Shown here: positions 9,737 to 18,928 of the stretch, piece after piece
Numbering within the stretch: the stretch's first letter is position 1
How the letters are laid out: every line of letters starts with the position of its first letter
IMG/VR virus record: IMGVR_UViG_3300016669_000029
Location: 1 to 32,029 of that record
From: a virus
Taxonomy: Duplodnaviria > Caudoviricetes
Direction: 5' to 3' (one strand)
Length of the DNA: 32,029 nt
The notes under the pieces: generated by a model
What the model was told of the DNA's origin: nothing
What the model saw: only the letters and a program-made list of their open reading frames with translations
Databases searched by the model: none
Made by a program: the position numbers and the translations under genes

Positions 9737-10821
9737 TGACCCTGCGACTGAACGAAGGCCTCCGCGACGCCCGCCCCGGCCTGGGCTTCCTCATGGCCGA
9801 CCTGATGCGCCTCGGCGCGCGCTTCGCCCCGGATGACGGGGAGGGGGGCGGCGGGTTCGAGGAGGAGGACGATCTCTCCGACGCGGACCTCGACGACGGC
9901 ACGGCGGACACCCCGGCGAACGACGCCGAGCGGGACTCCGAGGCCGAGGAGGAGGATCCCTTCCTGGCCTCCCTCAAGGAGGCCGACGAGAAGCCCAAGG
10001 CGGACAAGCCGGCCAAGCCGGACGCCAAGCCCGCCGAGGCCGCCGAGCCGGACGCCGAGGATCTGGCCGACGACCGCCTGATCGCGGTGAAGGTCGGGGA
10101 GGAGGTCCACAAGGTCGCCGCGAAGGATCTCAAGGCGCTCTTCGAGCAGCGCGAGGGTCTGACCGCGCAGAGCCGCGCCGTGACCGAGGCGAACACCCTG
10201 GCCGCCCAGCGCGCCGAGCACGCCCAGAAGGTCGTGCAGGCGGCCCTGGAGAAGGCCGAGGCTCGCTTCAAGCCCTACGCCGAGCTGGACTTCCTCGTCC
10301 TGTCCAAGAGCCTGGACGCGCAGACGCTGAAGGATCTCCGCGACGAGGCCCGCGCGGCCCATGCCGAGGTCGAGACCCTGCGCCAGATGGCCGGCCAGAC
10401 CGAGGCGGCCGTCACCGAGACGCGCCAGGTGGTCGACCGCGAGAAGGCCCAGGCCGCCGTCAAGACGCTGCAGGCCGACTTCCCGAAGGAGTTCGGGGAG
10501 GAGTGGTCCGACAAGGTCTATGGCGAGGTCATGGAGTTCGCGGAGGCCCAGGGTCTCAAGGGCGCGAAGTCCCTCGTCGACCCGGCCGCGATCAAGCTCA
10601 TTCGCATGGCCCAGCTCTTCCAGCGCGGCAAGACCGTGGCCGAGAAGGCGCTGAAGCCCGCCACCCACCAGCCCCGCAAGCCCCTCCGGGCCGGCGCGGC
10701 GGACAGCCAGGTCGCCAAGGCGGCGGGGCTGGACAAGACCCTGGCCCGGCTTCGTCGCACGGGCTCGGCTGATGACGCGGAGGCCGCCTTCCTGGCGTCC
10801 CTGAAGTCGGGCGACGAGTAA
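9736..10821 (+). CDS. Capsid scaffolding protein
   Basis: Very acidic N-terminus and helical body, positioned directly before the major capsid gene. Confidence 0.8.
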   Translation: MTLRLNEGLRDARPGLGFLMADLMRLGARFAPDDGEGGGGFEEEDDLSDADLDDGTADTPANDAERDSEAEEEDPFLASLKEADEKPKADKPAKPDAKPAEAAEPDAEDLADDRLIAVKVGEEVHKVAAKDLKALFEQREGLTAQSRAVTEANTLAAQRAEHAQKVVQAALEKAEARFKPYAELDFLVLSKSLDAQTLKDLRDEARAAHAEVETLRQMAGQTEAAVTETRQVVDREKAQAAVKTLQADFPKEFGEEWSDKVYGEVMEFAEAQGLKGAKSLVDPAAIKLIRMAQLFQRGKTVAEKALKPATHQPRKPLRAGAADSQVAKAAGLDKTLARLRRTGSADDAEAAFLASLKSGDE

Positions 10822-10876
10822 TCCCCACCACCACCCCGCACCACTACCCCAGCAAGACCAGAGACCAGAGACTACA

Positions 10877-11770
10877 ATGCCCGGCTACTCTTCCTACGAC
10901 ATCGTTGGCGCCAAGGCCTCGGTGGCCGACATCATCAGCAACCTGAGCCCGACCAAGACCCCGTTCCAGAGCGTGGTCGGCACCGAGAAGATCAAGAGCC
11001 GCACCCACCAGTGGCAGGAGGACAGCCTCGCCGCCGTGCGCGACAGCGCCGAGGTGGAAGGCTTCGACGCCTCCGACAGCACGATCCTGCCGACCGTGAT
11101 GCGCGACAACAACACCCAGATCCACTCCAAGACCATCCGGGTGACCGCGACGGCGGACGAGATCGACACCTATGGCCGCGACAAGGAGATGGCCTACCAG
11201 CTCCGCAAGGTGTCGCAGGAGCTGAAGCGCGACCACGAGAACACCCTCGTGGGCACCGGCCAGGTCAAGGCGGCGGGCTCCAACACCGTGGCCCGCAAGA
11301 TGGCCGGCGTGCAGGCGCTGATCGACACCGCGACGACCGTCAAGGCGGCGGCGAGCGGCACGGCGGCGCTGACCGAGGACATGCACATGTCCGCGAACCA
11401 GGCGCTCTACAACGCCGGGTCCGAGGCCGACATCTTCATGATCAAGCCGAACGACGCGCTCCGCGTCGCGAGCTGGGCGACCCGCTCCGACCGTGGTCGC
11501 GACATGGGCGCGAGCGGCAAGAAGATCGTGAACGTGGTCGAGGTGCTGGAGACCCCGTTCGGTGAGCAGCGCGTGGTGCTGAACCGCTGGCTGCGCGCCA
11601 CGGACGCCCTGCTGTTCTCCCCGGAGAACTGGAAGCGCCTGGTGCTCCGCAACTGGTTCCGCGAGACGCTGGCCAAGACCGGCGACAGCACCCGCGTGAT
11701 GGTGGTGGGCGAGTTCTCGCTCAAGCACACCAACTTCCAGGCCTCCGCGCTGATCACCAACCTGGCCTGA
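10877..11770 (+). CDS. Major capsid protein (resembles SU10-type/DUF5309 family)
   Basis: 297 aa with DIISNLSPTKTPF, HQWQEDSL, NNTQIHSKT, R-K-M-A-G-V and ETLAKTGDS...VVGEFSL patterns, and strong codon bias. Confidence 0.88.
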   Translation: MPGYSSYDIVGAKASVADIISNLSPTKTPFQSVVGTEKIKSRTHQWQEDSLAAVRDSAEVEGFDASDSTILPTVMRDNNTQIHSKTIRVTATADEIDTYGRDKEMAYQLRKVSQELKRDHENTLVGTGQVKAAGSNTVARKMAGVQALIDTATTVKAAASGTAALTEDMHMSANQALYNAGSEADIFMIKPNDALRVASWATRSDRGRDMGASGKKIVNVVEVLETPFGEQRVVLNRWLRATDALLFSPENWKRLVLRNWFRETLAKTGDSTRVMVVGEFSLKHTNFQASALITNLA

Positions 11771-11776
11771 CCGGCC

Positions 11777-11798
11777 TCCGGGGGAGCGATCCCCCGGA
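11777..11798 (+). terminator. Stem-loop after the capsid gene (possible terminator or RNA stabiliser)
   Basis: Perfect 9-bp stem TCCGGGGGA/TCCCCCGGA with a GCGA tetraloop, but no U-tract. Confidence 0.45.
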
Positions 11799-11813
11799 CC
11801 ACCCCAAGATCCC

Positions 11814-12098
11814 ATGATCCAAGCCTTCCGCTTCGCCGGGACGGCCAGCGAGGACGTCTCCGTGCCCATCACGGCGGCGGCCTCCTCGGCTGGCGTCTGC
11901 CCGGCCGGCTGCTCGGTCGTCCGCATGGTCGCCCTGGACAATCCCGTCCGGGCCTCCATCGGGACCGCCGCCACGGCCAGCTCCCCGTACCTCGTGCCCG
12001 GTGTCCCCGAATACGCCCTCGTGGCGGCCGGCGACCGGGTCAACTTCTTCGGCGGCTCCCTGGCTGCCGTCGTGAACCTCTCCTTCCTCTCCCGATAG
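11814..12098 (+). CDS. Small virion-associated protein (94 aa, beta-rich)
   Basis: Clean ORF in the operon after the capsid gene. A decoration or fibre-anchor role is inference only. Confidence 0.65.
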   Translation: MIQAFRFAGTASEDVSVPITAAASSAGVCPAGCSVVRMVALDNPVRASIGTAATASSPYLVPGVPEYALVAAGDRVNFFGGSLAAVVNLSFLSR

Positions 12099-12105
12099 GA
12101 GCGCC

Positions 12106-13353
12106 ATGCCGCTCGTCCATCCCGGCCGTCTCCTGACGCCGATCAGCCCGAGCGGCGCGGTGCAGCTCATCGGGCAGAACTTCCTGAGCCCCCGACTGAC
12201 CTTCAGCCGGGCCTCCGGGGCCTGGGCCTTCGACAGCGCGGGGACCCTCCAGGCCTTCGCCGCGAATGTCCCGCGCTTCGCCTATGACGTCGCCGGGAAC
12301 TACGTCGGGATGCGCCTGGAGAGCCCCCAGACGAACCTCATCCGGAACCCGCGCGGCGAGGGCAACACCGCGTCCGGCGGCCCGAACAACTGGACGGTCT
12401 TCGTGCAGCCCGGTCTGACAGCCGTCTCCTCCGTCCTCACGGTTCGGGGTATGGACGTCGTACAGGTCCGGTTCACCGGGACCCCCACTGGCGGCGGCTA
12501 CCACGGGGTCAATTTGGAGTCGGCTGGCGGCATCGCGGTGTCCTCGGCCACCCCGGACACCGTGACCTTCACGGCGCTGCTTCGGATCGCGGCGGGTGGC
12601 CTGGCGTCCGGGTCTTCGGCCCGCACGCGCCTTCAGGAGCGGGGGGGCGCACAGTCCCCCGCGACTGACATGTCGATGACGTCCACCCTTGACGGCACTT
12701 GGCGGCCCGTCTCGAACACGCGGACGGTCACCCAGGGCGACACCACCTACATCATCCCAGCGGTTCTGTTCAGCACACCCGAGGGGACGCCGGTCGACAT
12801 GACCGTGCAGATCGCCCTGCCGCGCGTGGAGAAGGGCATCTGGACCAGCTCCATCATCCTGCCGCCGGTCGGCACGCAGGTTGCAGCGACGCGCGCCCTG
12901 GAGCGCCTCACCTCGACGACCGCGTTGCTGCGGAACTCGAAGCCCGCCACGTACTTCATGGAGTTCGTGCTGGAGAACCGGGCCGATCCGAACTTCAACA
13001 TCACGCTGCTGCGCGACAATCCCAGCTCGGGAACGAACCTGGCGCAGGTCTACATCGCACGCGGCGGGACCGGGCTGACGACCGCGCTCCAGTTGCGTGA
13101 CGCGGCCGGGAACTTCAGCTCGGCAGGCCTGGGCGACGCCGTGATCGGCCGCAACCGGGTCGCGATGGCCGTCGCCCCGAACTACTTCGCGGCCTGCCTG
13201 AACGGCGGTACGCCCCGTGCGCTCGCCTCCGGGACCGACTTCGCTTCCCTCGTGAACTTCGCGTCGCAGGATCTTCCGGGCGGCATCCGCAGCCTGCGGG
13301 TCCATCCCCAGGCCCTCTCCACCGACAAGCTCCAGGCCCTGACCACGCTGTGA
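12106..13353 (+). CDS. Fibre/spike-like virion protein
   Basis: SD AGGAG. N-terminal LTFSRASGA...PRF...G-x-R-L-E...TNLIRN pattern and TSSII...ATRA pattern typical of phage head/tail fibre proteins. Confidence 0.7.
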   Translation: MPLVHPGRLLTPISPSGAVQLIGQNFLSPRLTFSRASGAWAFDSAGTLQAFAANVPRFAYDVAGNYVGMRLESPQTNLIRNPRGEGNTASGGPNNWTVFVQPGLTAVSSVLTVRGMDVVQVRFTGTPTGGGYHGVNLESAGGIAVSSATPDTVTFTALLRIAAGGLASGSSARTRLQERGGAQSPATDMSMTSTLDGTWRPVSNTRTVTQGDTTYIIPAVLFSTPEGTPVDMTVQIALPRVEKGIWTSSIILPPVGTQVAATRALERLTSTTALLRNSKPATYFMEFVLENRADPNFNITLLRDNPSSGTNLAQVYIARGGTGLTTALQLRDAAGNFSSAGLGDAVIGRNRVAMAVAPNYFAACLNGGTPRALASGTDFASLVNFASQDLPGGIRSLRVHPQALSTDKLQALTTL

Positions 13354-13565
13354 CCGATACGCCCGTCTTCTACGACCACTACTGGGCCGGCGCCCCGACC
13401 ACCCTGGCGAAGGCCGTCGAGGGCTTCGAGAACGTCCTCGGGCCGGTGACGGTCGACGACTTCGCCATCGCCTGCGTCCGGGCGACCGAACCCCTCGAAC
13501 TTCCGAAGAACCTCAAGGACCGGCCCCAGGTCGGCCGCGCCGTGCTCGGGGTCTTCGCAGAGTAA
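13350..13565 (+). CDS. Hypothetical protein (71 aa)
   Basis: GTGA coupling to the upstream gene, with consistent codon usage. Confidence 0.65.
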   Translation: MTDTPVFYDHYWAGAPTTLAKAVEGFENVLGPVTVDDFAIACVRATEPLELPKNLKDRPQVGRAVLGVFAE

Positions 13566-13572
13566 CCCCACC

Positions 13573-13863
13573 ATGAACCTCTTCATCGACAGCCAGGCGG
13601 ACCTCGTGCCGCAGGGCGACCGGCTCGTCATCACGCGGCATCAGGAGATCCCGAGCGAATTCCTGGCCGGGCTGGCCGAGGAGCGGACCCGGACCCGGCT
13701 GAGGCCGGGCCAGGAGGTCAACCGGGTCGCCGCCGTGCCCGCCGTGATCGTCGACCAGTGGATGCGCCAGGGCTTCGACATCTTCCGCGAGTCGAACAAG
13801 GCCATCGTGGCTCGCCTCAAGGCCGAGCACCTCGACCACTTCGTGACGGCTCGGGGGGTCTGA
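13573..13863 (+). CDS. Hypothetical protein (96 aa), conserved-looking morphogenesis-region gene
   Basis: Tightly packed ORF containing VAAVPAVIVDQWMRQG. Confidence 0.7.
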   Translation: MNLFIDSQADLVPQGDRLVITRHQEIPSEFLAGLAEERTRTRLRPGQEVNRVAAVPAVIVDQWMRQGFDIFRESNKAIVARLKAEHLDHFVTARGV

Positions 13864-13864
13864 G

Positions 13865-14461
13865 ATGACCCTGGCCGAAGCCCGCGCCGCCTTCCTGGCG
13901 CGGCTCAACAGGTCGGACTGCGACGCCGCCCTGGCGGACAGCTTCCTGGGCGAGGGCATGCGGCGCGTCCAGCGCGAACTCCGCGCACCCTTCATGGAGC
14001 GGGTCCACTGGGTCGACGCCAAGACCCAGCCCATCGAGAGCATCGAGATCCCGGCCGACTACATCGAGGCCGTCGAGGTGCTCTGCGGCGGCCAGCCGCT
14101 GACCCGCGAGCCCTTCCGATCCCTGATGCGGGTCCCGGCCGCCGGCTGCCCCGGCCTGTGGGGCCGCTACCGGAGCACGCTCTACTTCCGGGGGGCGATC
14201 CCGACCGGCAAGCGGGTCGAGCTGCTCTACTACGGCAACTTCTCCGCGCTGCCCTCCGACAGTTCCGCGAACGAGCTGACCACCTCCGCGCCGGACCTTC
14301 TCATCTACGGGTCCCTCTCCGTGGCCGGCGACCACTTCGAGCACGACAAGCGCGCCGAGTGGGAGGCCCGCTACACTTCCATCCTGGCCCAGGTCTCCGA
14401 CCAGGCCGAGCGGGACGAGATCACGGGTGGCCCGATGGCCATCCAGCCCGCCTACTACTGA
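13865..14461 (+). CDS. Head-tail adaptor (tail tubular A-like) protein
   Basis: 198 aa, LNRSD N-terminus, IPADYIE, NELTTSAPDLLIYGSL pattern typical of podovirus adaptors. Confidence 0.75.
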   Translation: MTLAEARAAFLARLNRSDCDAALADSFLGEGMRRVQRELRAPFMERVHWVDAKTQPIESIEIPADYIEAVEVLCGGQPLTREPFRSLMRVPAAGCPGLWGRYRSTLYFRGAIPTGKRVELLYYGNFSALPSDSSANELTTSAPDLLIYGSLSVAGDHFEHDKRAEWEARYTSILAQVSDQAERDEITGGPMAIQPAYY

Positions 14462-14476
14462 CCCAGGTTCTGTTCC

Positions 14477-16957
14477 ATGGCGGTCGACGCCACCTCTTCC
14501 TTCTACAGCGAGACCGGCCCCACCCCCTCCCAGGGGGTCGAGCTGGAAGCCATCCTCGCGGACATTCAGGTCAGCGCCACCGCTGCCTCTGACGCCGCCG
14601 AGGCCGCCTCCCAGGCCGCCTCCAGCGCCACCAGCTCGGCGCTCGCCGCCACCGCCTCGGCCAATGCGGCGGTCGACCGGATCAACACCACGGCCTCCAC
14701 GGCGGTCGCCAACCTGAACGCCGCCGCCGACTCCATCGTGGCCGCCGCCGTGGAAGCGGCCGGCGAGGCCGTGGGCAGCTTCAGCCAGAGCGGCACCGGC
14801 TCGGTCGAGCGCAGCGTGGCCGACAAGCTGAAGGACGTCCCGGTGACCCCGGAGGACTTCGGCGCGGCCGGCGACGGCACGACCAACGACCGGGCCGCCC
14901 TGCAGGCCGCCATCGACGCGGTCTATGCGCGTGGCGGCGGCAAGGTGCTGCTGACCAGGCGGTACGCGGTCTCCGGGGCCGACCTCATGGTCCGCGACGG
15001 CGTGACCCTGGACGGCAACCTCGCGGGCGGCGGGCAGATGGCGGGTGCCGACTACGCGACCATCGCCCCGGCCATCCTGCTGAACCCCGCGAACCCGATC
15101 CGCCTGGGCCGCCACGCGGCCACCTGCGGCTTCGCGGTGATCCGCCAGGGGGTGGCCAAGCCGAACTTCCTGCGGGACTGCTACGCGATCCAAGACGCCA
15201 TGGCCGGCACGGCCATCGTGCTGGGCGACGCGACGAACTTCGGGTCCAACGCCTACGGCGCGAGCTTCCTGACCGGCACGAATGCGAATGTCGCGGCGGA
15301 TGCCCGCGTGGTCGACATGTTCGTGCTGGGCTTCGACCTGGCGGTCTACTCCGACTACAACAGCCGGGTCCTGGTGAAGAACCTGCTGATGGACTGCCGG
15401 AACGGCGTGATCATCCGGCGGGGCTACGACAGCTGCCGGGTCGAGAACCTGCGGAGCTGGCCCTTCCTGACCGGCAACACCGTGGCGGCCAAGGGCGACT
15501 TCACCCTGACCGCCGTCGCGCAGGGCGCCACGACCAGCACCACGCGGCTCACCTCGAACGCCGCCGCGACCCTGCAGGTGGGCGACCGGCTGAACGTCTT
15601 CGGCGTGGCCAACTTCCCGGCCCTGAACGGGCGCCGGGTGATCACGGCCGTGAACGCGGCCGGCGGGACCATCGACGTGGACGCCGCCTATGCGCCCACC
15701 GGGACCGTCTCCGTGTCCGGCGCCGGGATCATCGTCTGGGGCAACCGCCGGCTGGGCACCATGCTCGTTGCCGAGCGGATCGACGGCCTGTCGGTCATGG
15801 GCGGCTACGCCTATGGCATGCACCGCGGATTCTTCGTGGGCGACGAGTCCAACTGGGTCGAGCTGCACTCCTGCGCGGTCGACGACTGGCTGTCCATGGC
15901 GGACCCGGACTGCGTCGGCTACGAGTTCAACGGCTCGGTCAACCAGTGCTCGGTCTACGGGATCTCCTCGTCCAGCCAGGCCCGCGCGCTGGTCTACAAC
16001 TCGACCATGAACGCCCACCTGCCGGTCTTCGGCGGGCTGCTCGGCGCCACCTCGCAGAACGTCGCCGGGGGCACCCGCAAGGGCGTCACCGTGGGCGGCG
16101 GCAGCGTGGGCCTCTATGGCGTGACGGGCGAGGGCGTGACGGCGCAGATCGCGTCCGGCTCGGGCGGCATCATCCAGCTCGGCGGCACGCTGGGCAAGGT
16201 GACGGCTGACGACGCGGTCGCGGCGGGCCGCTACGTGAAGATCGGGGCGCCGGGTGATCCAGGGGTCAAGGACTTCAACGCCAAGGAGCATCTCTTCGGC
16301 ACCCAGCTGGCGGACGGCACGACCTTCCCGAAGCTGAAGCTGAACGAGGACGGGACCCAGAAGTTCGGTCCCCGTGTCTCCGGGTCCGGGACGCAGATCC
16401 AACTCTCGCGCGGCACCGACAAGGCGGTCGCGGCGATCATCTCGGTGGGGTCCGGCGCGACGCCGCAGGTCACCATCGCGGGCGACGGAACGACCAACCC
16501 GAACGCGGCCTTCCAGTTCGGCGGCATCGGCACCTCGGCCAACCCGCAGATCCTGTACACGATGCGCTACGACGCCAGCATCGCGGCCAACACCCAGGTC
16601 GGCATGCTGGGGCTGCTGGGCACCAACGCGGGCGCCGCCGCGACCATCCAGTACGTCCGCATGTCCGCCATCGCGGAGGCCGTCACGGCCAATGCCGAGA
16701 AGGGCAAGCTGGACATCGCGGTGCGCTCCGGGACCGGCGAGAAGATGGCCCTGCGGCTGTCCGACAGCCGGGCGCAGGTGTTCTCCCCACTGCAGCTCCC
16801 GAGCTACGCCGTCTCGGCCCTGCCGGCGGCCTCGGGCTACGACACGCCCGCCCTGGTGCATTGCACGAACGGTGACGCCGGGAATCCCTGCCTGGCCGTG
16901 GCCGTGTCGGGGGTCTGGCGGAAGCTCGCCTGGGGTGCCGTGGTGAGCGCGTCGTGA
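14477..16957 (+). CDS. Tailspike/tail fibre with pectate-lyase-like beta-helix
   Basis: Ala/Ser-rich stalk followed by SVADKLKD..TPEDFGAAGDGTTNDRAALQAAID, a typical start of a beta-helix tailspike domain. Confidence 0.85.
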   Translation: MAVDATSSFYSETGPTPSQGVELEAILADIQVSATAASDAAEAASQAASSATSSALAATASANAAVDRINTTASTAVANLNAAADSIVAAAVEAAGEAVGSFSQSGTGSVERSVADKLKDVPVTPEDFGAAGDGTTNDRAALQAAIDAVYARGGGKVLLTRRYAVSGADLMVRDGVTLDGNLAGGGQMAGADYATIAPAILLNPANPIRLGRHAATCGFAVIRQGVAKPNFLRDCYAIQDAMAGTAIVLGDATNFGSNAYGASFLTGTNANVAADARVVDMFVLGFDLAVYSDYNSRVLVKNLLMDCRNGVIIRRGYDSCRVENLRSWPFLTGNTVAAKGDFTLTAVAQGATTSTTRLTSNAAATLQVGDRLNVFGVANFPALNGRRVITAVNAAGGTIDVDAAYAPTGTVSVSGAGIIVWGNRRLGTMLVAERIDGLSVMGGYAYGMHRGFFVGDESNWVELHSCAVDDWLSMADPDCVGYEFNGSVNQCSVYGISSSSQARALVYNSTMNAHLPVFGGLLGATSQNVAGGTRKGVTVGGGSVGLYGVTGEGVTAQIASGSGGIIQLGGTLGKVTADDAVAAGRYVKIGAPGDPGVKDFNAKEHLFGTQLADGTTFPKLKLNEDGTQKFGPRVSGSGTQIQLSRGTDKAVAAIISVGSGATPQVTIAGDGTTNPNAAFQFGGIGTSANPQILYTMRYDASIAANTQVGMLGLLGTNAGAAATIQYVRMSAIAEAVTANAEKGKLDIAVRSGTGEKMALRLSDSRAQVFSPLQLPSYAVSALPAASGYDTPALVHCTNGDAGNPCLAVAVSGVWRKLAWGAVVSAS

Positions 16958-17241
16958 GCGAGCCGTTTGATCGCGAGACGGTCCTTCTCCTGGGCCGTCT
17001 CGAAGGCAAGGTCGACAGCCTGCTGGCCCAGACCGCGCAGGTCCACAGCCGCGTCGAGAAGGTCGAGATCCGGGTCACGGGCCTGGAGACCTGGCGCGAC
17101 AGCCTGGCCGGCGTGGCCGACCGGGTCGAGGGGCTGGAGAGCTGGAAGACCAAGATCGTGGGCGCCTTCGCCCTCATGACCGCTGCGGGCGGCGGGATCA
17201 TCGCCTTCAAGGACGAGATCCTGAAGATCCTTCTGAACTGA
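16954..17241 (+). CDS. Coiled-coil protein with C-terminal transmembrane helix (holin/antiholin-like)
   Basis: GTGA overlap, LGRLEGKVD coiled coil and one hydrophobic C-terminal helix, within the lysis region. Confidence 0.6.
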   Translation: MSEPFDRETVLLLGRLEGKVDSLLAQTAQVHSRVEKVEIRVTGLETWRDSLAGVADRVEGLESWKTKIVGAFALMTAAGGGIIAFKDEILKILLN

Positions 17242-17248
17242 GACTACC

Positions 17249-17440
17249 ATGACCAATCCGAAGCTGCGCTTCATCCTGGCCCGCCTCCGCGAGCCGGGCT
17301 CCTGGCGTGCCCTCGCGCTCGGCCTGGGCCTGATGGGCCTGCCCGTGTCCGACGAGCTGCTCCAGGCCATCACCGGGGCCGGCGTCGCCGTGGCGACCCT
17401 GGTGGCCATCCTGCTGCCCGAGACCCCGGAGAGCCGCTGA
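17249..17440 (+). CDS. Putative holin (63 aa, two TM helices)
   Basis: RLREPGSW followed by two hydrophobic segments, coupled to the endolysin by TGATG. Confidence 0.65.
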   Translation: MTNPKLRFILARLREPGSWRALALGLGLMGLPVSDELLQAITGAGVAVATLVAILLPETPESR

Positions 17441-17991
17441 TGGCCGACCTCTTCGACCGCCTGGGAGCCACGCTCCTGGGCAAGGAGGGCGGCTATGTGA
17501 ACGACCCCAACGACCGGGGCGGGGAGACCATCTGGGGCATCACCGTGGCCGTGGCCCGCGCCTTCGGCTACAGCCGCCCGATGCGGGAGATGACCCGCGA
17601 CGAGGCCCTCCAGATCTACCGGAAGCGGTACTGGGAGCAGCCCGGCTTCGACCGCCTCGCGCAGATCGACGAGGCGCTGGCCGAGCGGCTGTTCGATATC
17701 GGGGTCAACATGGGCACCGCCGTGGCCGGCAAGATGCTCCAGCGGGCGCTCAACGTGCTCAACCGGCAGGCCGCCGACTATCCGGACATCGCGGTGGACG
17801 GCGCCTGCGGCGCGATGACGCGGGCGGCCCTGGGCGCCCTGATCGCCAAGCGCGGGTCCGCCGGCCGCGCGGTCATCCTGGGGATGGTCAAGGCGCTGCA
17901 CTCGGTGCGCTACATCGAGATCGCGGAGGGCAATGCCAGCCAGGAGGCCTATGAGTTTGGCTGGCAGGCGAACCGGGCGCTGGCGGGTTAG
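17440..17991 (+). CDS. Endolysin, glycoside hydrolase family 108 with peptidoglycan-binding C-terminus
   Basis: EGGYVNDPNDRGGETIWGIT signature, FDIGVNMG, LQRALN, VDG..G..T and FGW..NR. Confidence 0.93.
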   Translation: MADLFDRLGATLLGKEGGYVNDPNDRGGETIWGITVAVARAFGYSRPMREMTRDEALQIYRKRYWEQPGFDRLAQIDEALAERLFDIGVNMGTAVAGKMLQRALNVLNRQAADYPDIAVDGACGAMTRAALGALIAKRGSAGRAVILGMVKALHSVRYIEIAEGNASQEAYEFGWQANRALAG

Positions 17992-18257
17992 TCGACCTCG
18001 GTGATGATCCCGTCGTGCTCCTCGGAAGTCAGGAGTTCCCACATCCGTCCGGAACGGCTCGGAGATGCCCGGCGCCGACACACCTCGGACCCGCCGCCAG
18101 GGAGCAGGACCGAGAGCACGGGGTGACGCGCGTCGGCCGAGTAAACAGTGAAGACCTCCGTGTGGTGCCAGCCCTGTCGAGCATGATGGAGCCAGCCGTC
18201 CAACCGACGATCAGAAGTGATCGGGTCTTCCGCATCCTCCTCGTACACGACGGCCAC
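17988..18257 (-). CDS. Hypothetical protein (89 aa), antisense to the lysis cassette
   Basis: GTG preceded by GAGGG. The stop overlaps the endolysin stop. Codon usage is atypical. Confidence 0.4.
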   Translation of the reverse strand: MAVVYEEDAEDPITSDRRLDGWLHHARQGWHHTEVFTVYSADARHPVLSVLLPGGGSEVCRRRASPSRSGRMWELLTSEEHDGIITEVD

Positions 18258-18292
18258 TTTGATACCCTCTGCACTATCCGTCAGGGGGAACC

Positions 18293-18481
18293 CTAGACCG
18301 GCGTCGTCTGCTGCGTCATCCACGCGAACAGCGCGAGGGCGCACACCACGCCCCAGATCAGCTGCTTCCGGCGGCTGGACCCGCGCCGACGCTCCACCCA
18401 GACGGCCAGCAGCCCAACCACCAGCATGGCAATGAAGGGGTGGCGCAAAGCCTCCCGGTTGATCGCCTCGAAGATCTCCAT
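18293..18481 (-). CDS. Small membrane protein (62 aa, two TM helices)
   Basis: Two hydrophobic helices separated by a basic loop (RRRGSSRRK). Confidence 0.6.
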   Translation of the reverse strand: MEIFEAINREALRHPFIAMLVVGLLAVWVERRRGSSRRKQLIWGVVCALALFAWMTQQTTPV

Positions 18482-18486
18482 AGTTG

Positions 18487-18540
18487 AAAAAATGCCCCTC
18501 TCCTCGACCCCTGATAGGGATCTGGGAGAGGGGCCTTTTT
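18487..18540. terminator. Bidirectional rho-independent terminator
   Basis: Stem GCCCCTCTCC (18494-18503) / GGAGAGGGGC (18525-18534) with an inner CCCT/AGGG pairing, an A6 tract on the left and a T5 tract on the right. It sits where the two genome arms converge. Confidence 0.8.
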
Positions 18541-18541
18541 G

Positions 18542-18928
18542 TCAATCGCAGGACGAGAACGAGGAGCCGCTGTCCGACGAGCTGGACGACCAACTGCTCC
18601 CGCTGTCGCTCCAGCTGGAGGACGAGCAGGAGGAGATGGAGGACGTCTCCACGCTCGGCTGGCTGTGCAGCACCGTGCCCATCACCATGCCCATCGCGAA
18701 GTCCGGCCCGCTGTCCCGCTCATAGTGGACCACGGTCGTCGCCGGCCGCGCGGAGGGCGCGGGGGACGGCGCCACGGGGATGGAGCGGCGGAACTCCGGG
18801 ACCGACCGCACGGGGCGCGGAGCGGGCGGCGGGGCCGGGCGCGGCGGCTCCTTCCGGACCGGCCGCCGGAACTTCCCGGCGACCTGGCTGCAGGCGGCAG
18901 CCGCCGCGACGAGGGCTGCGTGGATCAT
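18542..18928 (-). CDS. Hypothetical protein with Pro-rich middle and Ser-rich tail
   Basis: ATGA coupling to the upstream gene. It ends directly before the terminator with a low-complexity SSSSWSDSGSS tail. Confidence 0.6.
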   Translation of the reverse strand: MIHAALVAAAAACSQVAGKFRRPVRKEPPRPAPPPAPRPVRSVPEFRRSIPVAPSPAPSARPATTVVHYERDSGPDFAMGMVMGTVLHSQPSVETSSISSCSSSSWSDSGSSWSSSSSDSGSSFSSCD

